Of a stretch of 64,000 nt of DNA, positions 39,235-51,743 are shown piece after piece. The stretch covers positions 113,584,001-113,648,000 of the forward strand of contig OX597816.1 of NCBI GenBank assembly GCA_951406725.2, written 5' to 3'. Within the stretch, counting starts at the first letter, position 1. Each line of letters begins with the position of its first letter. This DNA is from Octopus vulgaris. Lineage: Eukaryota. The position numbers and the translations under genes were made by a program. The notes below the pieces were generated by a model. The model did not search any database. It was not told the origin of the DNA and saw only the letters and a list, made by a program, of their open reading frames with translations.

Positions 39235-39965
39235 AATGAAGAGAGAAGGTGGGTTGGAGTGAAGAGAGGAAGTAGATATCAGAGGAAGAGTGGAGAAGAG
39301 GGGAGTCAGATGAAAAGAGAAGGGAGTTGAGCCCATGTGGAACAAAGAAGTGAAGGGCGAAGATTAATTCCTGTTCACGGTGAAGGCAGAAGTCCGGATG
39401 GCCCCTATGCAAGGACAATCTGAGTACAGACAGGTGTTGTAGTGAAAGACCAGTAGAACGGAAATGGCATGAAACCAGGGTGTCATTGCTGAGTCTGATA
39501 TCTCGGAGGTGTCCCACAAACCAGTCAGCCAAGTGTACAGAGAAGGGCAGAAAGAGCAGAAGATGCAGTAAATGACATTGCTAGAAGTGCAGGTAAAGGA
39601 GTCAGTGATATGATAGGGATGATGATGGGTGCCTGTGAGGATGTGGTGTTGGAGAGGTAGGGGCAAGTGCAGCAGTGTGGGTGGGAGCAGGGTAATGAGC
39701 CAGGTTGGGAGGTGGGGTTATGGAAGAAACTGTGGACCAGTTGGTCATGCAGGTTGTGGGCTCATTTGAAGGAGGGATGGGGTAGGTTGGGGAAGATGTG
39801 TGAGGTGCAGTGGTCAGACTGGAGTCGCTGGAAGGCTCAGAGAATGGTGCATTGGAGGGGCAGGGTGGAGGAGTGGTAGGTGAGAGGAATGGGTGTGGAG
39901 AAAGAAAGAGCAGAGGCATGGTCCATGGAATGTATTCTGGCAAGGGCTTCAGCCTTGTAGAAGTC
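39235..39965 (-). mobile_element. Penelope-like retroelement relic (Cys-rich linker plus GIY-YIG endonuclease)
   Basis: PGSLPCSHPHCCTCPY, FTCTSSNVIYCIFCSFCPSLY, ADWFVGHLRDIR..VSCHF, REQELIFAL..PHGLN; frameshifted. Confidence 0.85.
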
Positions 39966-39975
39966 TATGTATATA

Positions 39976-40858
39976 CAGTGTGTAGTGAATAAGCTTTTGT
40001 CTAAATTACACAAAAATGAAAATAACACTGATATCTTCTTTTAAAGATATGTTTACCAAACTTACATGAAAGTATCTTGAAATACTAAAGAGTAAATTTA
40101 TTCAATAAAATCGCTATTGGCTACAACCACAGCCTCCAAACGACTTGGGAATCTCCTGCAACTCTTCTAGACAGTCTCCTTGTTTAAGTTGGTGAATGCT
40201 GCCATAATCTTTCACTCAATCTTTGGTATTACAAGGAGTTTTGTTGGTCTCTCACTCAACTGTGCCCCACACATAATAATCAAGGGGGTTGCAGTCTGGG
40301 GAGTTATGTGGCCAGATGTTAGGAGTGATGTTGTCACAGAAATTGTTACAGCCATGACTGGTTTCTCCTGCTTTTGTAGCATGGTGCAGAGTCCTGTTGC
40401 CTAACATAGGGTCTTCCAGCAGCCACCCTCTTGACTCAAGGCAGCACTATATCTTCCAGGCGCTTGATGCAGGCCTTCATGTTGAGTCTGAGGCTATGTG
40501 GGAGGATGAACGGAGGCATAACGTCACTCTCACTAGTGATCACTCCAAACACCATGATTTTGACTGGATGCTTCATTTTTATCACTCTTGGTACATGTCC
40601 TCAGATTGCACTATCCTCAGATTGACACCTAAACACTCTGAAATATTTGTATTGGAGCTTCTGGTATGTATGCCAAGCAGTACAGCATGTGGTTTCCATG
40701 TTTCTGGCAGACTGAATTGCATCATGGTGCTTTTTTTTCTCACAGATGGTGTCCAACTGACCCTACTATATTGTGTAATCAACAAAATCAAAAAACAAAC
40801 AATGCACATGCATGAAATTAAGAACATAAAATGATGACAATTCACCCATCACACCCTG
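39976..40858 (-). mobile_element. maT (DD37D-type) Tc1/mariner deletion derivative
   Basis: IMVFGVITSESDVMPPF, GRPYVRQQDSAPC, WPHNSPDCNPLDYYVWG; degenerate cag(g/t)gtgt TIRs with TA at 39974-5 and 40859-60. Confidence 0.85.
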
Positions 40859-40871
40859 TATGTATATACAT

Positions 40872-40903
<32 letters not shown>

Positions 40904-40987
40904 GCATACACACACACATATCCACATACATTTATACATATATGTATCTATATATATATTTATACACACAAAACACATGCACACATA

Positions 40988-41462
40988 GGTGCAGGCATGG
41001 CTGGTTAGTAAGAGTTTTACTTCCCAACCACATGGTTCCAGGTCAGGGATCAACGAACTTTTTTAACCAATTACCCCCAAATATATTTATTTAGGCCAAT
41101 GTTACCCACTTGATTTGAAAGACGGAAAATCATAGATTTTAAAAATCTATTTATATGAATCTATTTACATCTATTTACTTTCTGTCTATTGGACAGATAC
41201 AGTATTTCCAGAAGGAAAATTTCTGTTGTAACATGGAAATCATTTTTTATGTAATCTTACTTATGTCTAATGAGTCTGCATTACCCCCAAGAATTTTATT
41301 TTTAGCCCACTTGGTGTAATTTACCCTGGTTTGCTGACCCCTGTTCTAAGTTCATTCACACTGTGTGACATCTTGGGCAAGTGTCTTCTATTACAGCATT
41401 GAGCTAACCAAAGCCTTGTGAGTAGATTTTGTAGACATAAACTTAAAGAAGCCTGTCATATA

Positions 41463-41498
<36 letters not shown>

Positions 41499-41740
41499 TG
41501 TGTATGTCTTTGTGTCTGTCTTTGTCCCCCACCACTGCTTGATAACTGGTGTTGGTGTTTTTACATCCTCACAGCTTAGTGTTTTGGCAAAAGAGACTGA
41601 TAGAAAATGTACCTGGCTTTAAAGAAAATGCATACTGGCGAGGGGGTTGATTCGTTCATCAAAAAATTTTCGATGCAGTGCCCCAGCATGGCCATGGTCA
41701 GATGACCGAAACATGTAGAAGATAAAACAAGTAAGGATAA
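40988..41740 (+). mobile_element. SINE family A interrupted by a hAT MITE
   Basis: Head up to 41043, resumes at 41344 with ccttgggcaag-like core and tail. Confidence 0.85.
41044..41343 (-). mobile_element. hAT-type MITE (copy 1)
   Basis: cagggatcaacgaac / tttgctgacccctg TIRs; 8-bp TSD ttccaggt/ttctaagt (6/8); reverse complement of 47383-47698. Confidence 0.85.
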
Positions 41741-41744
41741 AGGG

Positions 41745-42063
41745 TAAAGACCCCCTTTAGTCATGAATAACCAGGGGATTGCACCTAGAAAGTTCCCCTC
41801 TGAGGCAAAAGTTTGGATACGGTTGTTTATGGAAGACCAGCAGTTGCCCATGCATACCAGCCTCCCCTCTCTACACCATTGATGTTATCCAAGAGAAAGG
41901 CAAAGGCTGATACAGCTTGGCACCAGTGGTGTCACAACTCATTTCTGTAGTTAAGTGAACTGGAGCAATGTGAAATAAAGTGTCTTGTTCAAGAACACAA
42001 AACACAACCTTGTCTGGGAATCAAACTCACTACCTCATGATTGTGAGTTTAATGCTCTAACCA
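41745..42063 (-). mobile_element. SINE family D (tRNA head, distinct body)
   Basis: Reverse complement head ggttagagcatt...gagtttgattccc...ttcttgaacaagacact is shared with family C; body is unique in the window. Confidence 0.65.
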
Positions 42064-42699
42064 AGTAAACACACACACATATGCATGCAAGACACACACA
42101 CACCCATTTGGCCTTCCCTCTGCTTTGTTTCTCACAGTAGCTCCTGTGACATTGCTTGGCCTTGGGCTATATTAGAGTCGTTTGCTCAAGATGCTATGCA
42201 ATGAAACTGAACTGGAAAACCACAAGGTTGTAAAACAGTCCTCTTAACCATGCAGTAATGCTTGTGTCTATGAGATATTATATTTGTGCAAACACACATG
42301 CATATATATCTTTTAATATACTTAGAATTAAAAACATATTTTTGCTTTACTTAAGCTTATAACCTCATTACTCAATAAATTAATGTTTGATGTAAGTCTT
42401 TTTATCTTGTTGGTATTTCTTCTTTTATTTTAAAATTTTTGTTGGTATTTCATCTGTTATTGGACTTGACTTTGCATCTTGTTTAACCTACTTATAATGC
42501 TAAAACTGTAAACTTAAATATTATTTAGTTCAAAAGTTATATTGAAATGAATCAGTGACAACAAGATCAAGTTTCTTTCAAGTCTTTATATATCTGGACA
42601 ATTTGTACTTCACTTGAAATTTTAAAATAGATTTCCAAACTTACCAACAAACCTACCTACCTACCTACCTACCTAGCAAACTGCCTATTTACCTACTTT

Positions 42700-43100
42700 C
42701 ATACATACGTGCATGCATACATACATACATACATACATACATACATGCATGCATGCATACATACATACATACATACATGCATACATATATACATACATAC
42801 ATACACACACATACATACATACATACATACATACATACATGCATACATACATACATACATACATACACACACATACATATGCATGCATATGCATGTATAC
42901 ATTCATACTCACGTATACACACATGCCTGCTCACATACACATACGTGCCACATACATCATATACACATGCATGATACATACATTCATTCATGCATATATA
43001 TATATGTGTGTTTATGCATACATCATACACGCATTTGTGCATACACACATGCATACACATACATGCACACATACATACATGCATGCATGCATACATGCAA
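42700..43100. repeat. (TACA)n/(TGCA)n compound microsatellite
   Basis: Directly visible; similar tracts at 37633-37730 and 57715-57900. Confidence 0.95.
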
Positions 43101-43339
43101 ACAAACAAGATTTATGCTAAAATGTTAATAATGCCAGAAAAAATAGCTGGAATTAATAATGACATTTTCACCTGGCATAGGAAGGGAATTTGGTCAAAAA
43201 AATAACTGTTTATGTTTTAATGGGGAAAATCAGTACCCCAGACCCTAAACCTGTGCATCAATGGTCTCACTAACTCTCCTGCCACATACAAAGAATGCTA
43301 TAAGTCTCTATGTATTGATGAAAATCTATGAAGCTAGTG

Positions 43340-44308
43340 TGAATAAAGAGAGAGTGACCTGAGAATATTATGTCAGACTTGGGAAAATATAGCTGTCAGA
43401 ACTCTCCTTTTACAACAAGACAAAATTCCACAATGCATTTGTAATACCAGTGCCGATTCCAACATTTGAGATACTTGACTGGTCTATACTGGAAATCCAC
43501 TTCATGATACTGACATCAACTGGAAATATCCACAGAAATAATGATATTGATAGACAATAGGTAGAGGCTTGAGATGAGTGCAGACAGCCTTTGAATGTCA
43601 TACAATCTCTCTCAGACAGCACTTGCTAAACAACAGCAGCAAAATAGATATATTAACTTAGTGCTGAAATGTGAAGAGAACAATATTCTACATGTCAGTA
43701 GCAAACTCCCCTGTAAGCACCCTCTTCCTGATGACCTCCCATACAACCCCAAAATAGCTGGACTAACAATATACCTCAAAGAAGAGCTGACTGTGAAACA
43801 CTCAACATACCAAAAAAGGACTATGGATGGGTATTTTTCCCAAAGATTTGAAGAAGACAGTAATATCAACATGTAGCACAGTCTCTCTCTTGGTCTCATG
43901 ACAGCTACATCATACTTCAAAGGTGATGCATTTACAATCCAAGAACAGGAGATTGCTACAAAATAACAAAAGAGACAGTGAAATCCTTGATCCTTCAAGA
44001 TGCAACCAATAATGTTGATTATGTCATATTTCTGTGGGAGGCATCATAGATGTGATTAACAGCTGCCCCAAAATATCATCAAGTTATTACCTTCCTATAT
44101 GACATGACATTGTCACAAAAGCAATATACCATGCCATTCAGAAAAATGACTGTCCTGAAATAAATATAAAGAATCTACCTGCTATTGAATACATACACAA
44201 ACATCAGCACGAAGAATACTGGTGGAACATTTCTATCAAAACATCTGTCAAGTGTAAAAATAACAGGCCTCATATTGTTTTTTGGGTCAAACAAGGAAAC
44301 TTATGTAC
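43340..44308 (+). mobile_element. R4/Dong-clade (restriction-like endonuclease) LINE relic
   Basis: SELSFYNKTKFHNAFVIPV, FKGDAFTIQEQEIATK, C*LC...INSCPKISSSYYLPI*HD (CCHC/RHD-like), YWWNISIKT..NNRPHIV. Confidence 0.85.
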
Positions 44309-44311
44309 CGT

Positions 44312-45053
44312 TATGTACCTCTTCCAAAATTCACTTGTCTGTGATGAAAAATATTCCTCCAGTATTGTTCTCACCTCATCTATAGAATTCATATTTTTTC
44401 TGTCCAAATGATTTTGAAGACTGCGGAATAAATGATAATCAGATGGGGCAATGTCCGGCAAATTGGTGGGTGGGGCAGTGTTTCCCATTCAACCTGCTCC
44501 AGCCTTTGCAATGTCATCCTTGCTGTATGTGGCTGAGCATTATCCTGATGGAAAAACACCTTTTGTCTTGAAACCAAAAACACAATGGCACGCAGGTGTC
44601 GATGAATGGTTGAAAGACTAAGTCCAAGCTTCTCTACTTGTTCTTCAACAGTTACAATGGGATTTTGTTCCCCTAGGATTTGCAGGACATCCTTGTTGAG
44701 CTCTACAGATCTTCCAGGACCATCTTCTAGGCTGTAGTTCTTGACTTGTAATTTCTGGAACCACCGTTGGCACCAGCTTACACTTATTGTCTGATCCCCT
44801 TATACTGCATTATTATTTCCCACATTTTCCATTGTATAGTTGCCTTTATTGAACTCATAAAGCAAAATATGCTAAATATGTTCCTTTGTCACTTCCATTA
44901 TAGCTTTGACAAAGTAACTGTTAAAATCAAATAAGGACAAGGTAAAATTACTACCTGCTTTTATAGCAAGTTGATGCAGGTATTTTATCCTGTCCCCCTC
45001 CAACTTTTAGTTCATGCAGTTTAAATAACCACTTTATTTAGGGGATGACCCAA
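44312..45053 (-). mobile_element. mariner transposon, internally deleted and 3'-truncated
   Basis: ATG at 44898 MEVTKEHI*HILLYEFNKG; HTH region STIHRHLRAI joined to FHQDNAQPH...LPHPP...PDIAPSDYHLFRSL; one TIR ttgggtcatcccc with TA at 45054-5. Confidence 0.9.
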
Positions 45054-46390
45054 TATATATACTTTCTCTTGTTAAATTCATGTGTCCAGCTAGGTAGCTT
45101 TGACCAAGAAGACACACATTGAGGTCAAAATATTACAGTGTGTCAAAGTCTTTTAACACCAGAGAATCACATGCTATGAGGAAAACCAACAGCAATCAGA
45201 CATTCACATTTAGATTTGCCAGAACTTATTAAGAATAAACAATTATGTTGTTGTTTTTGGATTTCCACTGCACCCATGTACCCCACGAGTTAAAATCTCA
45301 TTATCATTACTGCTGCTTTAAAGAAACACTCATTCCCCTCCCCCGTGAATGCTTTGATTTCTGTACTTTACTTTTATCCCAAATCTAGACTGAATGTAAG
45401 GACTTCCATAACTTGACTCAACATATTTTATAACTTAATAGAAAAATAAGGAATATATTTGCTTATGTAATTTAATGCAAACATTCAATGTTTGTTCTCT
45501 GATAAACCATAAATACTAAACCTTCAAAATGCAAATTATTGAAAGAAAAGAGGTGCAAGATTGAATATGAACTTTTTTACTGAAAAATTATTGTATTAGA
45601 AATACATTAATGCTGATACTATTAATCTTAAAACTTTAGCCAGTGGCATTTGTTTTAAGGTCAAAAATTTGGATAATTAAATCTCTTTATCCAAAGCATG
45701 TTCCTCTTATCAGGAATATTTTGCTGACTGAGAATCTATGGAATAATCGCTTCTGAAACATCAAGTCCTGATTAGAAATACCACTTTGTAGTTTATTCTT
45801 CATTTGAAAATCAGTTAAATCTGCAGATGTAAGGTGCTGAGATAAAAGCTTTTTGTCAAAAATATTCAGGGTTCTAAAACAGTTCTCTAAATGTTCTTGA
45901 ATTATTTAACAAACATTATTCATTGCAAACTTTAAGTTGGTTGTTTTGAATTATCCCATGCTACATTTTATATCATGGAACATAACACTATGATGTATCA
46001 TAAAGATTATATTTTAGGGTTGTAGAAAAACAAATATGTTAATAAAACTGCATTAAAATTTTTTCATTTGAATATATTTACCAGGTGCATATTAAGAAAA
46101 AATGATTAGGGCCTTTGAGGTTTTGAAGAACTGAGTAATTAGACTCTATGAACAGTATATATAAAATACATTTCATAAGTGATAGATAATTATAAATTCT
46201 TTAATGTCAGTTTATATAAAAAGTTTTTTGTTAATGTATTTGTTGGAATTCTTTCTTTTTATTGTAATTCAGATGAAAAATATAAATTTAGAATTAAGTG
46301 GCTGCAAATACATTAGGAATGTTTTAATAATCTCTTTCTTCATATTTATGCAATAAATGAGTATATAGATAAATGAAACACACAAGTTAC

Positions 46391-46601
46391 CTTCACCACC
46401 TTTTTTGCTAATGTTAGCGAATTTCCCAAGAGAAATAACTGCCAATCAGTTGTAAACAAATCTAAAAATGAAACCCTTTTTCCATCAGGTTTGCTTTGTT
46501 CATTATAATAATCCAAGAAGTGTGGGGCTGGAGGTGCATAGTTAAATTTAGGAATTTTCAAATCGAAAAGTAAAACTTCTTTATCATAATTGATTTTTAC
46601 A
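46391..46601 (-). CDS. Internal coding exon (211 nt) of an unidentified host gene
   Basis: 70 open, non-repetitive codons VKINYDKEVLLFDLKIPKFNYAPPAPHFLDYYNEQSKPDGKRVSFLDLFTTDWQLFLLGNSLTLAKKVVK; tttcccaag| and aag|gtaact; entry phase matches the exit phase of 62361-62514. Confidence 0.7.
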
Positions 46602-46646
46602 CTTGGGAAATATATATGTATATGTACATATATGTATGTATGTGTA

Positions 46647-46695
<49 letters not shown>

Positions 46696-46900
46696 TAGGT
46701 TAATTCTTTTATGGTTTTAGTTAATATCAATACAGTTAATGTGAAGTAATTTGCTGGAATATTTCAGACATAAGAATAATTATTTTCAGGTACAAGAAAT
46801 ACATTTTCAAAAATAAATTATATGTCCACAGGTATCCTAACCTACATTTCTTTGTTAAAAAAGAAAGGATACAGGTGTATGTGTTGCGTGCACACACACA

Positions 46901-46954
<54 letters not shown>

Positions 46955-47382
46955 ACACACATACATTGATATACATATATATTCTTCTTCTTCTTCTTCT
47001 TCTTCTTTGTTTAACGTCCAATTTCTCATGCTTGCATAGCTCAGAAGTGGTTGAGGTTGAGAAAAATCACTCAGTTTGATTGGCATAAATTTAGTCACAG
47101 ACTTGCTTCAGACTCTGGATCACATGTCTTGTATTTTTCTCTGTCTTGTCTTTTGTTATGATGGCTCTTTTTTCTTGGAGCTGACTTGTTCCATTTCACT
47201 CCACACAGGCTCCCTTCAGTCATTCAACTTTTCTCTACTCATCACCAATATCATGCTTCATCCCTCTGGCCCCACACAAACTACTACAATTCCCATTCCT
47301 TTCTTTAGCCCTCTGAAATTCCTTTCCGACACATGTCTTTCTTGCAGTCATCAATTTGCAACAATTTAAGTATGGCATAAGC

Positions 47383-47698
47383 CAGGGGTCAGTGAACCAG
47401 GGTAAATTACTCCAAAAATGAAATTCTTGGGGATAATGAGGACTCATTAGACCTAAGTTAAAATACATAAAAAACGTGTTCCTTGTTACAGCAGAAATTT
47501 TCCGTCTGGCAACACTGCATCAGACCAATGTAATGGACGTGTAAATAGATTCATATAAATAGATTCAGTAAAACAGATTCAATGAACCTTTTGAATTCAA
47601 AAGAATCTATGATTTTCTACTTTTCAAATCAAGGGCATAATGTTGGCGTAAATAAATATATTTTGGGGTAGTTGGTTAAAAAAGTTCCCCAACCCCTG
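47383..47698 (+). mobile_element. hAT-type MITE (copy 2)
   Basis: caggggtcagtgaac / gttccccaacccctg TIRs; 8-bp TSD gcataagc/acataagc (7/8). Confidence 0.9.
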
Positions 47699-47908
47699 AC
47701 ATAAGCAGAATCCATCTTGCTAATCTTGGAGAGCCTACAAAGGCAATGACTCCTGAACCCTCCTTTAAATCTAACTAATAAAAATGATATTTTAGTCAGG
47801 TGCTTATTTTAAAAAGCCTAATTTGTTGCATCTTTAAGTGACAGTGACACAACATAAACACAGACATAATTATTGTCATGCACAGCTCTCACACAAAGAA
47901 GCACATAC

Positions 47909-48677
47909 ATCATCATCAGCATCAGCATCAGCATCATCATCATCATCGTTTGACGTTTGTTTTCCGTGCTAGCATGGGTTGGACGGTTCGACCGGGGTCT
48001 GGGAAGCCAGGAGGCTGCACCAGGCTCCAGTCTGATCTGGCAGTGTTTCTACAGCTGGATGCCCTTCCTAACGCCAACCACTCCGTGAGTGTAGTGGGTG
48101 CTTTTTACGTGCCATTGGCACAAATGCCAGGGGAGGCTGGCAGAGGCCACGATTAGTTGGTGCTTTTTATGTGCCACCGGCACAGAAGCCAGTCAAGGCA
48201 GTGCTGGCATCGGTGACGTTCGGATGGTGCTTTTTACATGCCACCGGCACAGATACCACAACTGCAATTTCCATTTGATATTTATTTTGATGTTGATGTA
48301 CTTGACTCAATAGGTCTCCTCAAGCACAGCAGGTCACCCTATGGTCCTAGGTAAGCACAGCAGGTCGTTCTGCAATCCAAAGTACTTTAGATGGGTTGGG
48401 GCTATACGAAACTGGTGCAGGAGCAGCCATGGACTCACATTATTTGTTGGGTCTTTGCAGTCACAGCATATCTCCAGAGATCTTGGTCATTTGTCATTGC
48501 CTCTGTAAGGCCCAACATTCGAAGGTCATGCTTGACCACTTCATCCCATGTCTTCCTGGGTCTACCTCTCCCCCGGATACCTTCAACAGTTTGGGAGTGG
48601 CACTTCTTCACACATCTCTCCTCATCCATCCACAGTACATGACCATACCAGTGCAAACGTCTCTCTTGCACACCACA
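47909..48677 (-). mobile_element. RTE LINE 3' fragment
   Basis: CGVQERRLHWYGHVLWMDEERCVKKC..GRGRPRKTWDEVVKHDL plus 3' UTR and (GAT)n tail. Confidence 0.92.
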
Positions 48678-48744
48678 TATATATGACAAACATCTACAAA
48701 GTCTCCTTCTACGTAATTCCTAATATATTACTGATCAACTAGAG

Positions 48745-49446
48745 CAGGGGTTGGTGAATTGGGGTAAATTACCCCAAGTAGAGTAAAAATGAAATTCTTG
48801 GGGGTAATGCGGACTCATTAGACATAAGTAAGATTACATAAAAATGTGTTCCTTGTTACGACAGAAATTTTTCTTCTAGCAACACTGCATCTGTCCAATG
48901 TAATGGTCATGTAAATAGGCGCAGGAGTAGCTTTGTGGTAAGTAGCTTGCTTACCAACCACATGGTTCCGGGTTCAGTCCCACTGCGTGGAACCTTGGGC
49001 AAGTGTCTTCTGTTATATCTTCAGACCAACCAAAGCCTTGTGAGTGGATCTGGTAGATGGAAACTGAAAGAAGCCCGTTGTATATATGTTTATATGTGTG
49101 TATGTGTGTGTCTATGTTTGTCCCACCCAACATTGCTTGACAACCAATGCTGGTGTGTTTATGTTCCCGTAACGTAGCGGTTCAGCAAAAGAGACCAATA
49201 GAATAAATACTAGGCTTACAAAGAATAAGTCCTGGGGTCAATTTGCTTGACTAAAGGTGGTGCTCCAGCATGGCCATAGTCAAATGACTGAAAAAGTAAA
49301 AGAATAAAAGAATAAAAGAAAAAGATTCAATAAAACTTTTGAATTAAAAAAATCTATGATTTTCTTCCTTTCAAATCAAGGGGGTAATGTCAGCCTAAAT
49401 AAATATATTTTGGGCTAATTGGTTAAAAATGGTTCCCTGAGCCCTG
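48745..49446 (+). mobile_element. hAT-type MITE (copy 3) containing a SINE
   Basis: caggggttggtgaat / gttccctgagccctg TIRs; TSD aactagag/aactataa (6/8). Confidence 0.85.
48918..49322 (+). mobile_element. SINE family A, full length
   Basis: ggcgcaggagt...ggttccgggttcagtccc...ccttgggcaagt...(aaagaata)n tail. Confidence 0.92.
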
Positions 49447-50250
49447 AACTATAAACTAAAGTAGAAAACATCTACGGTACTGTGCAGTAGAATTAAACCT
49501 CCCATGTCCACATGGTTTTGTGGTGGGGGAAAACTTCTTAACCACACAACCTTATTCATGTCTGTTATACAGCTAAAATATACTTAACAGTTGTTTTATA
49601 CAACAATAAATACTTCCTCAATAGGTTTATGCCCTCAAGTTTATCTAATTAATCCTAATAGATTGCTGAACTTGAGGAATAAAATATTGATTTCTAACCT
49701 AGGTACGAAATCATATATTTCTAGGAGAGCATTATAGTTGATTGAATCAACTACTGTGTGTTACTGGTTTTATCATAAGGTTAAAAGGGAGCCTCAGACT
49801 ATTTCTTACCATCTTAAGTAAGGAAAGACATAATAAATAATGTAGTCTTATATACTCCTAAATATTGTTTGTGAGGGTCAAAACTGGGATGCTTTTTGTT
49901 GTATAGGGAATGACTGTGGCCAGATAATGATGATGATAACAAAAATTGATATTATCAACTCTAAATGAATTAAATACAAAGGAATCCCAGTTATTTGAAC
50001 TCAGAATTTAAAAGTATGTAACTATATACATGGACATACCTGTGTGGCTAAGTTTTCATTGCAATATGATGTCAGTTTGATTCCACCTTGAGCAAGTGTC
50101 TTCTTTAATAGCCTTGGACCAACCAAACCCTTGTCATAAAATTTGGAAGCTAGTCAGAAAGGCTATTCCTGTTCTTGAATGATAGATATAGTCCATGCTG
50201 GTTTAATGTCATCACTATTTTTTATATGTTGTCTATATAATTCCACTTCA

Positions 50251-50482
50251 AGGCGGCGAGCTGGCAGACACATTAGCGTGCCGGGCGAAATGCTTAGCGG
50301 TATTTCGTCTGTCACTGCGTTCTGAGTTCAAATTCCACCGAAGTTGACTATGCCTTTCATCCTTTCGGGGTCAATAAATAAAGTACCAGTTTCGCACTGG
50401 GGTCAATGTAATCGACTTAATCCCTTTGTCTGTCCTTGTTTGTCCCCTCTATGTTTAGCCCCTTGTGGGTAGTAAAGAAATA
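50251..50482 (+). mobile_element. SINE family B, near-intact
   Basis: CpG-retaining; A/B-box-like head (gagctggcag, gagttcaaattcc) and gcctttcatcctttcggggtcaataaataaagtaccag domain. Confidence 0.9.
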
Positions 50483-50519
50483 TATATAATTCTACTTTTT
50501 TGCAATTCATATCTCATCT

Positions 50520-50735
50520 ATATGGTTGTTTGATTTGCTTGAAATAACAGCCAAACTTTTCTCAAATCACACCCAACGTCCTACTACATTAAAAAGAGAA
50601 AAAAACATTTGATAATATAGTCAAAGATACACTGCACTTGATAAAGAAATGAGAAGAGTTGATGGTCAGGCTGGAAAGCATTTGATCACAGGTCTCCTCA
50701 GTCCAGATTAACCTGGGGTTAAACGACAACAATAA
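50520..50735 (+). mobile_element. Dispersed repeat family E
   Basis: aataacagccaaa...tttgatcacaggtct...cctggggttaaacgacaac; related copies at 10540 and 63130. Confidence 0.55.
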
Positions 50736-51273
50736 GCACTTAAATGAATTTTCTTGTTGTTTTAGTTTTCACATCTTTCAGCATCTTTCATCCTTATTCT
50801 AGTAACTATATTTTCCCTCTGTAACTATATATATATTTATGAAACTCACATTTCCATTTTTATTGCTTACCAATCAATAACTGTAAAGTATATTTTACTT
50901 TCTTTTTCATATTTTATTTCGTATTTCTATAGGTTTTGAGTGTAATCCTCTGCCATCAGCATAACTAATCAAATGTTAGACTTTATATAATTTAATCAAT
51001 CTTTTGTTGATTATATAATTGCAATTATGTAGAAATACTTTAAAATAAACATGAGTATGCTAGAAAATAATTATCTGATATCTGGCATGAAGGAAAAAGC
51101 TGTTTGGCAAAAATAAACATTTTTCTTTCTATAATGATACATTCTTTAGCTATCTTTAAATACATTTTTAATTAAAAGAAAAAATTACGTTACAAAATTT
51201 CAGACAAAGAATTTTGATTGTCATAAGCAATTAATTGACTAAATATATAAAAATTCAGTATATGTGTATAGAT

Positions 51274-51743
51274 CAGGATTTCTCAACCTTTTTATTTTTG
51301 TGGAACCCTTGAAATGCATTCCATGTTTTATGAAACCTCTACATAAAAATTATTATATATCTTTATTAATTGCTTTTTTTCTTTCATGATGCTAAATTGC
51401 ATGAGATTAAACAAATCATAAAACTGCCTTTGAAAGTTTGCTAGTGTTAAATCCATCAGATATCATAATGAATATTTAAGAAACTTCTTTATTAAGACCT
51501 TGTTTAGAATAAATTCTCTGATATTTCCCTATTAGGAAGTCATATTTTTTGTAGGGTGTCCTAACTAACTAGAGATTCTAGGATATCACTAACTTTGGGA
51601 ATATGCCATGTACATGTTATAAAAGTAAAAATGTAGACTTAAACCAAAAACATCTTGAAAATGCACTTGAATATAATTAACCTATTTATTTCTCTCTCTT
51701 GTGGAACACGAAGGTGTTGGGGAACCCAAGTTGAGAAACATTG
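51274..51743. mobile_element. hAT/Charlie-like non-autonomous element
   Basis: caggatttctcaac / gttgagaaacattg termini; TSD not preserved. Confidence 0.55.

Noticed and set aside
44282-44295. ttgggtca as the left mariner TIR
   Set aside because: Only 8 bp match and it lies within R4 coding sequence.
48918-48990. tRNA gene
   Set aside because: It is a tRNA-derived SINE head followed by SINE body, as in the other copies.
50933-50970. Plus-strand terminal exon after a strong pyrimidine tract
   Set aside because: About 10 codons with no corroborating upstream exons.
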